NCBI GenBank assembly: GCA_963750275.1
Contig: CAVVQC010000007.1
Coordinates: forward strand, 104,346 to 168,345
Length of the DNA: 64,000 nt
Source of the DNA: an uncultured Chloroflexia bacterium
GTDB lineage: Bacteria; Chloroflexota; Chloroflexia; Thermomicrobiales; UBA6265
Direction of reading: 5' to 3'
This document shows, piece by piece, positions 41,625 to 52,008 of this stretch; position 1 is the stretch's first letter, and each line of letters opens with the position of its first letter. A program made the position numbers and the translations under genes. Under the pieces are notes generated by a model. That model did no database searches. It was not told the DNA's origin and worked only from the letters and a program-made list of their open reading frames with translations.

Positions 41625-42164
41625 GCCCACAGGAACCACGCCGGAATCCACAACAGCTCCAACTCAAGTGGCTCATAACGAAGCGTTAAAACGGCGCTCC
41701 AATCGGGAAAAACGAAAAACTCCCACCTCGAAGTCGGTGCACCAGAGCGTCTGCATCGAACGCCAGAAATGCCCATCGCGGCAACGCGGCCAAAGTCGGA
41801 CTAGCTCCGCCTCGTGTCTTGATGGGGGAGTTACCCGGCCGCACAATTCGGCATACAACGTCATCCGCTCGTGAGACTGAGTGGTCCCGTTGCCTGACGC
41901 CTTCCTGTGGCGCAGTCCGATCTGTTTCCCATCTCCTGGTTCATCGTTCGCTCGACCGCTTTGTACGTGCCTCTCCCTGGCTCTGGCCGCGAGCGGGGGT
42001 TGTTTGTGATGAGCCGGGCGCGAAAGACCATCCGGTAACCTCCACAGGTCCTTCGGGTGATTACACGGATCGAGCTATCCACCCATACTGTGCAAGCTGA
42101 ATCGCCCATGCCGCTGCAAACTCGTAGCTTGCGTTCGATTCGTCACGAAGGGAATAATCGAACA

Positions 42165-42392
42165 ATGTGGTGGGAATGGCTTTTAGGCGTAGTTCTGTTC
42201 ACCTTCTACATAATCTGTCTCTTTACGGTCTGTCGACTGACGTTCGAGAAGGGTCACACCATTCTCGGCATCGTCGGAATCTTCATGCCTTTTCTCTGGC
42301 TAATCGGGGCGATCATGCCTCCTAAGCCAGGATCGCGGTTCGATGTGGCTCAGCGAAATCAGTACCAGGTTTCGGCGCCAGCGACGAGTTAG
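42165..42392 (+). CDS. Small two-TM membrane protein (75 aa)
   Basis: GAAGGG RBS; ...TFEKGH...GIFMPFLWLIGAIMPPKPGS. Confidence 0.7.
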   Translation: MWWEWLLGVVLFTFYIICLFTVCRLTFEKGHTILGIVGIFMPFLWLIGAIMPPKPGSRFDVAQRNQYQVSAPATS

Positions 42393-42489
42393 CGCCAGCA
42401 TCGCGAAATCGAATTTGAACGGACAACAGCCCAGGTATCGCACCTGGGCTGTTCCGCGCCGTAGTCGGTAAATGACTCGTCACACGCAC

Positions 42490-42630
42490 TCGTTCCGCTC
42501 GCCCGAATCGTGCAACATCATCTTCCAGGATGCGTTGATCGACGTCGAACCAAACGGCTAACACCCGGATCACGTAGTCCCGGCGAGACTCCAATGAACG
42601 CCACGGTCGCGGTCGACGACACGAATTATT
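42490..42630 (-). pseudogene. Degenerate PqqD-like fragment
   Basis: STAT/WRSLESRR...LAVWFDVDQRILEDDVARF across a frameshift; no valid start. Confidence 0.4.
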
Positions 42631-42739
42631 TGTTACAAAAATAATTTTTCAAGGCAACAGTTAAGCGTAAAAGCCAGATAGCCCGAACGTCCCTTCATCG
42701 AAGTACGCTGCCTGAGGCACTCGGGTAAGGAGGTCCAAA

Positions 42740-43018
42740 ATGTATATCGTGGTCCGAACATGGGAAAACGGAAGCGGATTAGCCGACGCCATGGAGAAGC
42801 ACGCAGAGGACGTCACCAAGGGCCTCAGCGGAGTTCCCGGATTCGTGAATTACTACGCCACCCGCTCCGGCAATACCGTGGCAACCGTTACGGTCTGCGA
42901 GAGCTCGGAAGGAGCTAAGGAATCGACTCGGGTAGCGGGCGAGTGGGTCAAAGCGAATGTGAGTGGCGCGATTGGCAGCCCTTCGATCATCGAAGGGGAG
43001 ACCTACCTGCAGTTCTAA
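42740..43018 (+). CDS. Small ABM-like (dimeric alpha+beta barrel) protein
   Basis: TAAGGAGG RBS; VPGFVNYY, ESTRVAGEWV, IIEGE. Confidence 0.8.
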   Translation: MYIVVRTWENGSGLADAMEKHAEDVTKGLSGVPGFVNYYATRSGNTVATVTVCESSEGAKESTRVAGEWVKANVSGAIGSPSIIEGETYLQF

Positions 43019-43622
43019 TCGTCAGACTTCTGCCGTTCTCACTGAACGATCTGTACATCGGGGCAGCCTTTGGGCTGCTTCGTGTCACGTAACCACCTGA
43101 GACGTCGGTGGTCCATCGGATAGCGTCGCCAAGTCAACAAAATTCGCTATTCCTGGTTGGATGCTTCGAGGAATGAGGACTCACATCATCTCGGCAGCTT
43201 CAAGGTAGGACCGGCTCCCGACCATCGTCGCCCTGCACGCTGAGCAGAACGGCCGCGAATCTCCGCATGAATCGCAAGGCAAACGGCGAAAAGCGTATCG
43301 GACGTTTTCTGATGATTCCTAATCGTGCTCGCAACCTTCTATTTCCTCCCAGACCAACGACGCGGCTGAGATTGAAGGCGATAACACGGGTCGAATTCCT
43401 TTTTTCCGCCGCTAAATTCTTCCTGCTGATGCCCCTAACCAGTTGACTTTGGCGTCCAGTGGCCGCACATTAGAACGACATAACCACGATGGGGCAAACC
43501 AACGAATGGCAGGCCATTGGTTCGTTACCTGTTGACACGCGTACGCTCATGTTCACCGAACTGAATTCCAGGAGTCGCCACCAGATTCGTCATTGCTGCG
43601 TACGATTGGGAGGAATGCTCGT

Positions 43623-44936
43623 ATGGTTCACAAACGCCACTTGATGATGTCTCTCACGTTTGTCATTGCATTGTTCGGGACGACACTGGGCGCGCTCGCT
43701 CAGACCGCGAGTCCTGAGATCGACACAGCTCCTGCTATCGATCTGGCTGCAATTGCGCTTTCCCCGGAGGATGTGCCCACCGGATTCTTCGACGACTACA
43801 GTGAATGGTGGGTGCCAGCCGGCGCTTTCGTCGGCATCATCGGCGACGCTACGCCCCCTGCCGGCCTCGAACGTGCCTATCAATCGTTCTATGTTTCCAA
43901 TGATTCCCCACTCGTCATCAATACGTTCCTGCTCGAGTTCGAAAGCCCGGAGGCGGCAGCCATGGGAGCTGGCATCGTCGACGCCGCGCTGCGTCCGCCA
44001 TTGCCCGACGGGACGTCCAGCGACCCATCCCACGCGGCCGGCCCCCAGATTGGCAACTCGCTCAGCACGTTGACTTCGGTTTCCTATGACACCCGATCCG
44101 CGGGCGGCCCATTCGTTTCGGTCGTGGCCAGTTCCTTCGTTCACGAAACGATCGTCGCCGCAGTTTCGATCGAGAGCTACATCGATCCTCCTGGCGAGGG
44201 TTCTCCCGTCCCGGTTGGCACGCCAGATAGTCTCGACCTTAGCAGCCAGGCTGAGCTTGCCAGCCACCTGGCCAGCGTGCTCGATTCCCGTATCGAAATT
44301 GGGTTGCATGGCGGTGAGCTCGATGGCGTCAATGCGGCCCTGAGTGATCGGCTCCTTCCACTTCAACAATTGGTCAGTGACGACACGCCAGTACTAGGCG
44401 GGTACAAGGCGGGAGCAGACCTGCTGGCCTGTCGCGTATGCGGCGAAGAAAACTCGCTTGGCGTCTTTGGCAAAGCCAGTCTGGGCGGGCTCGTGCGGGC
44501 AGTGGTAGCAGGTCCTATGGTCGACGGTGAGCCATCGCCACCCTTTATCGCGGTCGCGATTTCGCAGTTCGCAACCGCGAACGATGCGCTGACAGTGCTG
44601 GACGCGATTCGAAGCATGCCCAACGATCTGCCGACTCCCTATCCCGTTCCCAGGGGCGAGCGCACCGTTGCGTCCGATCCAACTGTTCCCGGCACCGATG
44701 CCACCGCAGCTTACACGGGAGTTCTCAATCCCGATGATCCGGAAGCCACACCAGATAGCGCCGGAGTCGCGTTCGTCGTGGACAACTCGCTGGTGACCAT
44801 CGACGTGCAAGGCGGCCTCACCGCGAATGAAGCGATGGCCATTGCGGTCGACCTTGCCACGCAGCAGGCAGACTGTCTCGCATCGATCGATCCGTGCTCG
44901 ACGGTAACTTTCGAGCTCCCTGCTCTGGCGGAATAG
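43623..44936 (+). CDS. Secreted acidic hypothetical protein with duplicated alpha/beta domains
   Basis: GGGAGG RBS; signal peptide ALA-QTASPE; DLAAIALSPEDVP. Confidence 0.75.
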   Translation: MVHKRHLMMSLTFVIALFGTTLGALAQTASPEIDTAPAIDLAAIALSPEDVPTGFFDDYSEWWVPAGAFVGIIGDATPPAGLERAYQSFYVSNDSPLVINTFLLEFESPEAAAMGAGIVDAALRPPLPDGTSSDPSHAAGPQIGNSLSTLTSVSYDTRSAGGPFVSVVASSFVHETIVAAVSIESYIDPPGEGSPVPVGTPDSLDLSSQAELASHLASVLDSRIEIGLHGGELDGVNAALSDRLLPLQQLVSDDTPVLGGYKAGADLLACRVCGEENSLGVFGKASLGGLVRAVVAGPMVDGEPSPPFIAVAISQFATANDALTVLDAIRSMPNDLPTPYPVPRGERTVASDPTVPGTDATAAYTGVLNPDDPEATPDSAGVAFVVDNSLVTIDVQGGLTANEAMAIAVDLATQQADCLASIDPCSTVTFELPALAE

Positions 44937-44963
44937 GAAGTCGTCATCGATCGAAAACGATGC

Positions 44964-45863
44964 CTACCCCTTCTCCGCCCCAACTGTCAGACCAGAAATG
45001 AAGTACCGCTGCAGGGCGAAATAGACCAGCAAGGTCGGCAAGGCAACAAAGACCGATGCTGCCGCGATCAGGTTGTCATCTGTGAAGAACTCGCCACCGA
45101 GGTTCGCCAGTGAGGATGTGATCGGCCGATCGGCGCCCTGTTGTTCCAGGACGACTGCCCAGAAGAAGTCGTTGTAAATCCAGGTGAACTCCAGCGTCGC
45201 CAGCGCGGCCAAAGCCGGCAGGGTAAGCGGCATGATGATCTGCCAGTACTGCTTCCAGACCCCGGCGCCGTCGATGCGCGCCGCCTCGTTGAGCGATTTG
45301 GGCAACAACTTCATGTAATTGCTGAGCACGAAGGTGCAGAAGCCGCTCTGGAAAGCGATATGGATCAGGATGATGCCCCAGGTGCTGCCGTTCAGCTTGC
45401 CGGAGTTGGACATCCAGTCTGGCAGAGGAATCCGGTTGTACATCTGAAACAATGGCTGAATGATGATCTGTTGTGGAAGCAAATTCCCTGCAGTGAAGAG
45501 GCTCAGAAGCACGATATTGAACCGCCAGGAAAAGCGGCTGCACACGAACGCCACCATGCTGGAAAAGAAAAGCGTGAAGATCAACGCCGGCACCAGGATG
45601 AGTGCGGTGTTCCAGTACTTGCGCGCGATATCGCCCTGATCCCAGGCATTGCGGTAGTTGTCGAGCGTCAGGGTGTCCGGCTTCGAGAAGAACCCGTTCT
45701 GCACCGTCTCGGCAAAGGGACGGAGCGAGGCATAGAGCGCGCCTACCAACGGAATCATCCAGATGATCGCCGTGAGAGTGACGAATCCATAGAGCACTAC
45801 CCGGCCAAGCGTGAAATGGCTTTTCTTTTTGTAGGGAATCGTCGTTGGAACCGTTGCGCTCAT
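44964..45863 (-). CDS. Carbohydrate ABC permease
   Basis: LNEAARIDGA; FTWIYNDF; LQRYFISG. Confidence 0.93.
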   Translation of the reverse strand: MSATVPTTIPYKKKSHFTLGRVVLYGFVTLTAIIWMIPLVGALYASLRPFAETVQNGFFSKPDTLTLDNYRNAWDQGDIARKYWNTALILVPALIFTLFFSSMVAFVCSRFSWRFNIVLLSLFTAGNLLPQQIIIQPLFQMYNRIPLPDWMSNSGKLNGSTWGIILIHIAFQSGFCTFVLSNYMKLLPKSLNEAARIDGAGVWKQYWQIIMPLTLPALAALATLEFTWIYNDFFWAVVLEQQGADRPITSSLANLGGEFFTDDNLIAAASVFVALPTLLVYFALQRYFISGLTVGAEKG

Positions 45864-46876
45864 GAATCGGCTCCTTCCTGGGTGTTGCGATAGTGATTGG
45901 TGACATACCAGATGACGAAACCGAAACAGAGCACAAAGAGGATGGTGGCATAGGCCGACCCGCGGCCGACATTGCCGCCGCCTTCCCCCAAGAGATTGTT
46001 CGTCGTCAGAATAGAAAGCACTTCGGTTTTACGAGGCGTGTTAAGAACGTAGATGATGTCGAAGGCGCGCAGCGCCTCGATCACGGTAATGACCAGCACC
46101 ACCACGTTGACCGGTTTAAGCGACGGAAAAATGACGTGGCGGAAGGTTTGCCATTCATTGCTGCCATCCAGCAATGCGGCTTCCCGCAGGCTAGGGTCCA
46201 CGGACTTCAACCCGGCCAGATAGAGCACCATGATGTAACCGGTGTGCCGCCAGGCAATCGCGATCAGGATGGCGACAAAGTTACGAGACACCCCATAGGT
46301 ATCCCCAATGGGTATCAGGAATGACTGGTTCCCCAGCCAGTCGATCGGCTTGCCATCTCCGAAGATCTGCGTGGCCAGTCCGTTCTCAGTCGAGTAGATA
46401 ACGCTTTTCCAGATGAACCCGACCACCGCCAGCGAAAGTACGACCGGGGTAAAGAAGACGGCCTGGTAAATGCGGGTACCGCGGATGTTCTTGTCGAGCA
46501 AATAGGCGAGCACCACGCCGAACGCGGTTGGCCCGACGAACAGGAAGAGCAACAACACCGTGTTGTTGAGCAGGGCCTGATAGGTGCTTTTCTGAAAGGC
46601 TCCGAAGATCTGCTGATAGTTCTTGGTACCGACCCAGGCGATATCGCTGAAGCGGATCCCCTTCCAGTTGGTAAAGGAAAGAAGGATGGAGCTGACGGTC
46701 GGAAACCAGACCAGCGCCACATGCAGCAGCGTTGGAATACCGATCATCAAGAGGGCAATCCACTTGTCCCGCCCATCGAACTGGGTGAACCAGCGGCTCT
46801 TCTTTTTGGCCGGCGTCGCGGGAAAGGACTTCAGGGAATCCTGAATATCGGAATGAACACCTTTCGAGAGATCCAA
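45860..46876 (-). CDS. Carbohydrate ABC permease
   Basis: SFTNWKG, LREAALLDG, LRAFDII. Confidence 0.93.
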   Translation of the reverse strand: MDLSKGVHSDIQDSLKSFPATPAKKKSRWFTQFDGRDKWIALLMIGIPTLLHVALVWFPTVSSILLSFTNWKGIRFSDIAWVGTKNYQQIFGAFQKSTYQALLNNTVLLLFLFVGPTAFGVVLAYLLDKNIRGTRIYQAVFFTPVVLSLAVVGFIWKSVIYSTENGLATQIFGDGKPIDWLGNQSFLIPIGDTYGVSRNFVAILIAIAWRHTGYIMVLYLAGLKSVDPSLREAALLDGSNEWQTFRHVIFPSLKPVNVVVLVITVIEALRAFDIIYVLNTPRKTEVLSILTTNNLLGEGGGNVGRGSAYATILFVLCFGFVIWYVTNHYRNTQEGADS

Positions 46877-46908
46877 CGGACTCCCTGCTTTCGATGTGAT
46901 GGGGAACG

Positions 46909-46942
46909 GCGAGCCCGCCGGTGTTTACCGGCGGGCTCGCGC
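46909..46942 (-). terminator. Hairpin between binding-protein and permease genes (mRNA stability or partial termination)
   Basis: GCGAGCCCGCCGGT-gttt-ACCGGCGGGCTCGC. Confidence 0.6.
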
Positions 46943-46950
46943 ATTAGGTG

Positions 46951-48279
46951 CTACTGCTCGAAGATGACTTCGGCTTGCGCCTGCATATCCTCGAGAATGC
47001 CGTCGATTTTGGTCGGATCGGAAATGAAGTCGGCGAACGCTTGCCCGGCGACATTCGAGGCGAACTCGGGGCTCGTATCGCGATCCAGGAACTGCGTCAC
47101 GCTCGGCGCGTTCGAAACGGCTTCGAGGACTTTGAGCTGAAGCGGGGTGTAGCCGGTCGGATCTACGTCGCTGGCGGTAGCTACTGCGCTTGGGTCGACC
47201 GCCAGATAGGCGTCCTGCGCGGCAGCGGTGCCCATGTTGTACAAGAGCTCCTTGGCCGCTTCCTCGTTCTTCGGGCTCTTGGCCATCATGAAACCGTCGA
47301 TCGGCGCTTCGACCGTGCCAATGCCGAACTCAGGATTGAGCTCCGGCCACACGAAGAAGTCGAGATCGGAGGTATCGGCATCGGGGAACTGCTGTCCGAT
47401 GAAGGTACCGATCGTCATCATGCCCGACGTCTTGTCGACGACCGTGCTGGCGGCCTCCTCCCAGGTTCGTCCGTTCGGGTTCTCCTGGTGGAACGGCAAA
47501 AGTTCGGTCCAGAGCGCGAAGACATTTTTAACGCGGTCGTCGGTCCAGCTTTCCTTACCGGCCATAAGATCCATATGGAAGTCGTAGCCATTGAGACGGA
47601 AATTGAGCTGGTCGAAGGTTCCCATGGCCGGCCACCGGCCATCGTTCCCGAAGGCAAATGGGGTGATGCCGGCGGTTTGCATCTCTTCTGCCAATGCCTT
47701 GAGCTCATCGAGCGTGGTTGGTGGGGTCCAGCCATTTTCCTCGAACAGACTCGGGCGGTAATAGATACCCCAGGCGTAGTAGTTGAAGGGCACAAGATAG
47801 AGCTTGCCGTCGTCACCGGTGGACGCGAGCTTGAAACCTTCCGACATTGTCTCGTTGAGCCCCTGGCCCCAGACATCGTCGATCGGACCGAGCAGGTCTT
47901 GCGCCGCGAAGTAACGCATGCGATACCCCGCGAACCAGGAGATCACGTCATCCGGGTTTTGCAGGTAGGTGGTGATGTTTTCCTGGTAGGTGTTGTGGTC
48001 CACCGTGTTGACGTTGACCGTGACGTTCTTGTTGGGGAACACGTCGATGGAGGCCTGGAGACCTGCCTTCGGCACATCGTTCGAATAGTTCGACCCGAAC
48101 GAAACATCACCGGTGGCCGAACCCATATCGAGCTGGGCGCTGGCGAAGCGCTCGCCGAACGTCAATCCAAGAGCGGCGGCTCCGGCAACGCCGGCTCCCG
48201 CTTTCAGCAGTCCGCGCCGTCCGAGCTGATAGCCCACCAACGACGGCATGGGAGAGAATTCACTACGGCGTGACGACAT
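46951..48279 (-). CDS. Sugar ABC substrate-binding protein (Tat)
   Basis: GRRGLLK signal; WFAGYRM, PPTTLDEL, EAPIDG, QFLDRD. Confidence 0.92.
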   Translation of the reverse strand: MSSRRSEFSPMPSLVGYQLGRRGLLKAGAGVAGAAALGLTFGERFASAQLDMGSATGDVSFGSNYSNDVPKAGLQASIDVFPNKNVTVNVNTVDHNTYQENITTYLQNPDDVISWFAGYRMRYFAAQDLLGPIDDVWGQGLNETMSEGFKLASTGDDGKLYLVPFNYYAWGIYYRPSLFEENGWTPPTTLDELKALAEEMQTAGITPFAFGNDGRWPAMGTFDQLNFRLNGYDFHMDLMAGKESWTDDRVKNVFALWTELLPFHQENPNGRTWEEAASTVVDKTSGMMTIGTFIGQQFPDADTSDLDFFVWPELNPEFGIGTVEAPIDGFMMAKSPKNEEAAKELLYNMGTAAAQDAYLAVDPSAVATASDVDPTGYTPLQLKVLEAVSNAPSVTQFLDRDTSPEFASNVAGQAFADFISDPTKIDGILEDMQAQAEVIFEQ

Positions 48280-48557
48280 ATGTACCTCTCTTATAGATTA
48301 TTCCCGCGGTAGCACCATTGCGTCCGACCGCGCTCTGAATTGTTCAGACGAAAGCAAGAGTAGGACTGATCCCCAAGAGATGTCAACGAAACCCGGTGCG
48401 CCTTGATCCAATATTCAGGAACCTATTTTCAACTCGATTACACCATATTTTCACTTTATAACACAACGATTCCGCAAGTTGAATAAGATTGGCGTCGATG
48501 CGAAGATGTGCCGACTCTACCGAACACGACCCGCCTCAGCTTCAGGAGACCGACTCC

Positions 48558-50498
48558 GTGATCGAAACGCTTCCCCCGATCCCCGCCAATTTCGCGCTCG
48601 GCGTCTGCGACTATCCCGAGCATGTCCCCTGGGAGCAATGGAAGCACTATCCGGAACGGCAGAAGCAGCTCGGCATCACCTATGTCCGGGTGGCTGAGTT
48701 CGCCTGGTCGAAGATGGAACCGGAAGAAGGCGTCTTCGACTGGCAATGGCTGGACGATGCCATCGAAGCGCTCGCCGAGGCCGGGCTCAAAGTCGTCATG
48801 TGTACTCCAACCGCCACCCCACCCGCCTGGCTGATCCGCCAGCATCCCGAAATCCTGGCCACCGGCATCGACGGGCATATCCGCAACTTCGGTTCACGCA
48901 AGCACTACGACCACGCCAGCCCGATCTACCGCGAGCACTCCCGGCGCATCACTACGGAAGTCGCGCAGCGCTATGGTCAGCATCCAGCCGTCGAAGGCTG
49001 GCAAACCGATAACGAATGGGGCTGCCATAGCACCACTCGTTCCTACGGCGGAGCCAGCGCGGTCGCCTTCCGCGAATGGCTCGAACGGAAATACGGCCAC
49101 CTCGAAGCGTTGAACCAGGCGTGGGGCAACATCTTCTGGAGCCAGGAATACTCCGCCTGGTCGCAGATCGATCCACCGTTTAACCTGGTCACCGATACCA
49201 ACCCCTCGCATTTGCTCGACTTTCACCGCTTCGCCAGCGATGCCGTGAAAGAGTTCCAGGCAGAGCAGGTGGCAATCATCCGCGAGCTTTCGCCGGGGCG
49301 CTGGATCACGCACAACTACATGATGCATTTCAATGAGTTCGATCACTACGCCAACAGCGAGGTGCTCGACTTTGCCTCTTGGGATAGCTATCCGCTCGGT
49401 CAGCTGGAGCGCGCGCCGCTTTCAGAAGAAGAGCGGGTGAAGTGGGCGCGCACGGGTCATCCCGACTACATCTCGTGGAACCACGATGTCTACCGGGGAT
49501 TGAAAGGTCGCCGCGCCTTCTGGGTGATGGAGCAGGGAGCCGGTCAGGTCAACTGGGCCCCCTCCAACTGTTTACCAGTGGAAGGCGCAGTGCAGCTTTG
49601 GACCGCCCAGGCCTACGCTCACGGCGCAAGCTGTGTCAGCTACTTCCGCTGGCGCGCCGCCACGATCGCTCAGGAGATGATGCACTCCGGATTGCTGCGT
49701 CACGATGAAACCCTCGATCGCGGTGGGCAGGAAATCTCCCGCATGGAGGTCGGTGGTCGCAATAACGCCGAGATTCCCGCCAAGGTCGCCCTGCTGCACG
49801 ACTACGAATCGCAGTGGGTCTACGATGTCCAACCCCACAGCGCCCGGGCGAGCTACGTCCGCCAGACGATGCTCTTCTACATCGCCCTGCGTTCGCTCGG
49901 CGTAGATGTCGACATCCGCCACCCGGATCACGATCTCAGCGGCTACGCGGTTATCGTCGCGCCGGCCATCCAGTTGATGGGAGCGGAGCGGGCCGCTCAT
50001 CTCGCCAGCTACGCGGAGGAAACGCGGCTCGTGTTTGGACCGCGCACGGCCTATCGCACCCCCACCGGCCGCGTACAGGAAGACGGCCAACCTGGTCCGC
50101 TGCGCGACCTGGTCGGACAACGGCTGCTCAACTTTGACGGTATGCGCCCTGGCCTGCACGTCCACGCCGGAGGCTTCGAGGTGGAAACCTGGGCCGAGTC
50201 CTACGAACCCATCGACGCCGACGTCGTCATGACCTACGACGATGGCCCGCTTGCCGGAAAGGCCGCGGTCACGCGCAAGGGAAATGCCATCTCCATCGGC
50301 GCCTGGAGCGCCCCGTTGATCGTTTCTGTTCTGGAACAGCTGCTTGCCGAGTCCGGCGTTCCGACGGCCCACCTCGCGGAAGGTGTTCGCCGCTCCACAC
50401 GCGGGTCTACCGAGATCTGGATGAACTGGTCGCAAACCGCCCAGGTGCTTCCGGACGGCTCCGAGATCGGCCCCGTTTCGTTCCAATTCCGAGGATAG
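48558..50498 (+). CDS. GH42 beta-galactosidase
   Basis: DYPEH, AEFAWS, TPTATPPAWL, WQTDNE, WDSYP, FWVMEQ, YFRWR, EMMHSG. Confidence 0.93.
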   Translation: MIETLPPIPANFALGVCDYPEHVPWEQWKHYPERQKQLGITYVRVAEFAWSKMEPEEGVFDWQWLDDAIEALAEAGLKVVMCTPTATPPAWLIRQHPEILATGIDGHIRNFGSRKHYDHASPIYREHSRRITTEVAQRYGQHPAVEGWQTDNEWGCHSTTRSYGGASAVAFREWLERKYGHLEALNQAWGNIFWSQEYSAWSQIDPPFNLVTDTNPSHLLDFHRFASDAVKEFQAEQVAIIRELSPGRWITHNYMMHFNEFDHYANSEVLDFASWDSYPLGQLERAPLSEEERVKWARTGHPDYISWNHDVYRGLKGRRAFWVMEQGAGQVNWAPSNCLPVEGAVQLWTAQAYAHGASCVSYFRWRAATIAQEMMHSGLLRHDETLDRGGQEISRMEVGGRNNAEIPAKVALLHDYESQWVYDVQPHSARASYVRQTMLFYIALRSLGVDVDIRHPDHDLSGYAVIVAPAIQLMGAERAAHLASYAEETRLVFGPRTAYRTPTGRVQEDGQPGPLRDLVGQRLLNFDGMRPGLHVHAGGFEVETWAESYEPIDADVVMTYDDGPLAGKAAVTRKGNAISIGAWSAPLIVSVLEQLLAESGVPTAHLAEGVRRSTRGSTEIWMNWSQTAQVLPDGSEIGPVSFQFRG

Positions 50499-50530
50499 AA
50501 CCGAGAGAAACGGTTGCTATCGAACCGAGA

Positions 50531-51052
50531 TCAGGCTGCGAGGTTGCCGAGCTGCTCGATCTGCGCCCGGTGATCGTCGAAGTGCAGACCATAGTTTTCG
50601 GTCATGACTTCCAGCAGCGGCCGGTCACTCGACTCCAGACCGGTCTCACGGGCCGGTCTGGACATCTCCTCATCGGACATGGCAGAAACGACCTCGAAGA
50701 GCTTGGGAAAGACGCGGTCGCGCTCGATCCGCGCCTCCGCCGGGGACATCGTTTTGAATGACTGACGAAACCATTCGTTGATCGCATCGGTATCGCCTGC
50801 ATTCCAGATCGCTTCCGGCATACCGGTGCTTTCCGGAATCGGCGTACCGGAGCTGAGTAGCGCCGTTTCCGCGCGTAGCCAGGTTGCAACATGTGCAACG
50901 TGGTCCCGAACGTTCCAGCCTGCAGCATTCACTGGACCTGTCCACACCTGATCGGAAAGAGCGTCGCTCGCGGACACGAATCCATTCCACTGATCGCGCA
51001 TAAACGCAAGCAGCTCATTCTTGTTGGTCGGGATATTCTCGGCGTCGGTCAT
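50531..51052 (-). CDS. DinB/ClbS-like four-helix-bundle protein
   Basis: GAGGAG RBS; GWNVRDHVAHVATW...HFDDH. Confidence 0.85.
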   Translation of the reverse strand: MTDAENIPTNKNELLAFMRDQWNGFVSASDALSDQVWTGPVNAAGWNVRDHVAHVATWLRAETALLSSGTPIPESTGMPEAIWNAGDTDAINEWFRQSFKTMSPAEARIERDRVFPKLFEVVSAMSDEEMSRPARETGLESSDRPLLEVMTENYGLHFDDHRAQIEQLGNLAA

Positions 51053-51273
51053 AAGGCCCTCCTCATCTCGGCTCCAGCGTACCGCACCGCGGCCACTGAA
51101 CCCACCTGGACGATTCGCATTCTCATGCGCCGGGCATTCTGATGATGATGGGAAAAATGACGCCATCTCGGTGAGCGAAGGCGGTCTACCGTCGTGAGAC
51201 AGAACTGGACGAGAAGCGGTGACCTGGATCCAGATGACCCAGCGCATCACCGCTTCTTCGATACAGTGTTCGG

Positions 51274-51807
51274 TTACGCCGCCGGAGTGCCCTCGACGCA
51301 CTGGACCAGCGGCACGTCGGCATCGACGACGCCGGTAAGCAGCACGACCGTCGGCTCATTGCCAAAGTTGAAGGCCGTGTGCACCATGCCTTCCGGCTCG
51401 ACAAAGCCATCGCCGGGATTGAGGGTCATCGGGACCCCTTGGGTCATCGTCTCGCTGGTTGCAGGAGTGGAGTCGGTCGCTGCGCGCGTAATCTCCATGT
51501 CTGCATGGTCCAGCTGAGTCAGCTCGAGCGTGCCAGCCTCGATCGACACGACCAGCGTTCCCGGATGGGTATGAGCCGTGAACCCGCCGCCCTGGGCAAT
51601 CTCCAGACGCTCCAGTACAAGGACCTGACCATCGAGCTCTTCCGGCATGGCCTTCCCGATTGGATAAGCCGTGACACCGGTGACACATGGGAGCTCGACC
51701 GGAATTCCCTCCTGGGCCCGAGCCGGAGTGAAAACAAACGCGACCATCGCCAGCATCAAAAGCAGAGCGGTTAACGGAATCAAATAGGGACGCTTGGTTG
51801 AAAACAT
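51274..51807 (-). CDS. Secreted cupin-domain protein
   Basis: Signal peptide ARA-Q; HTHPG, EPEGMVH. Confidence 0.82.
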   Translation of the reverse strand: MFSTKRPYLIPLTALLLMLAMVAFVFTPARAQEGIPVELPCVTGVTAYPIGKAMPEELDGQVLVLERLEIAQGGGFTAHTHPGTLVVSIEAGTLELTQLDHADMEITRAATDSTPATSETMTQGVPMTLNPGDGFVEPEGMVHTAFNFGNEPTVVLLTGVVDADVPLVQCVEGTPAA

Positions 51808-52008
51808 TAGTGATCTCCTCAGCCGCTCTAGCGCAGCCCTTATTTCATAAATATTTCGAGTTTCGAATTGAGCGCCGAACCCCTTGCCCCTACGGCAAAG
51901 CTACCCGTGACGGACATCGGGGCTCGGTCTGTTCGGGATGACGCCGCTCCACAGCATCGTCAGGGATTCGTGCAGCAGAGCGATTCACCTGTGCGTGGCA
52001 ACCTGCCG

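Noticed and set aside
43180-43300. Minus-strand CDSC...CSAC zinc-finger-like peptide
   Set aside because: In-frame stop upstream and no start or RBS; may be chance or a relic
51870-52000. c-di-GMP-I riboswitch-like GCAAAGC segment
   Set aside because: Lacks the GGCAAAC...GAAA...GACGC stem and is on the wrong strand for the cupin gene
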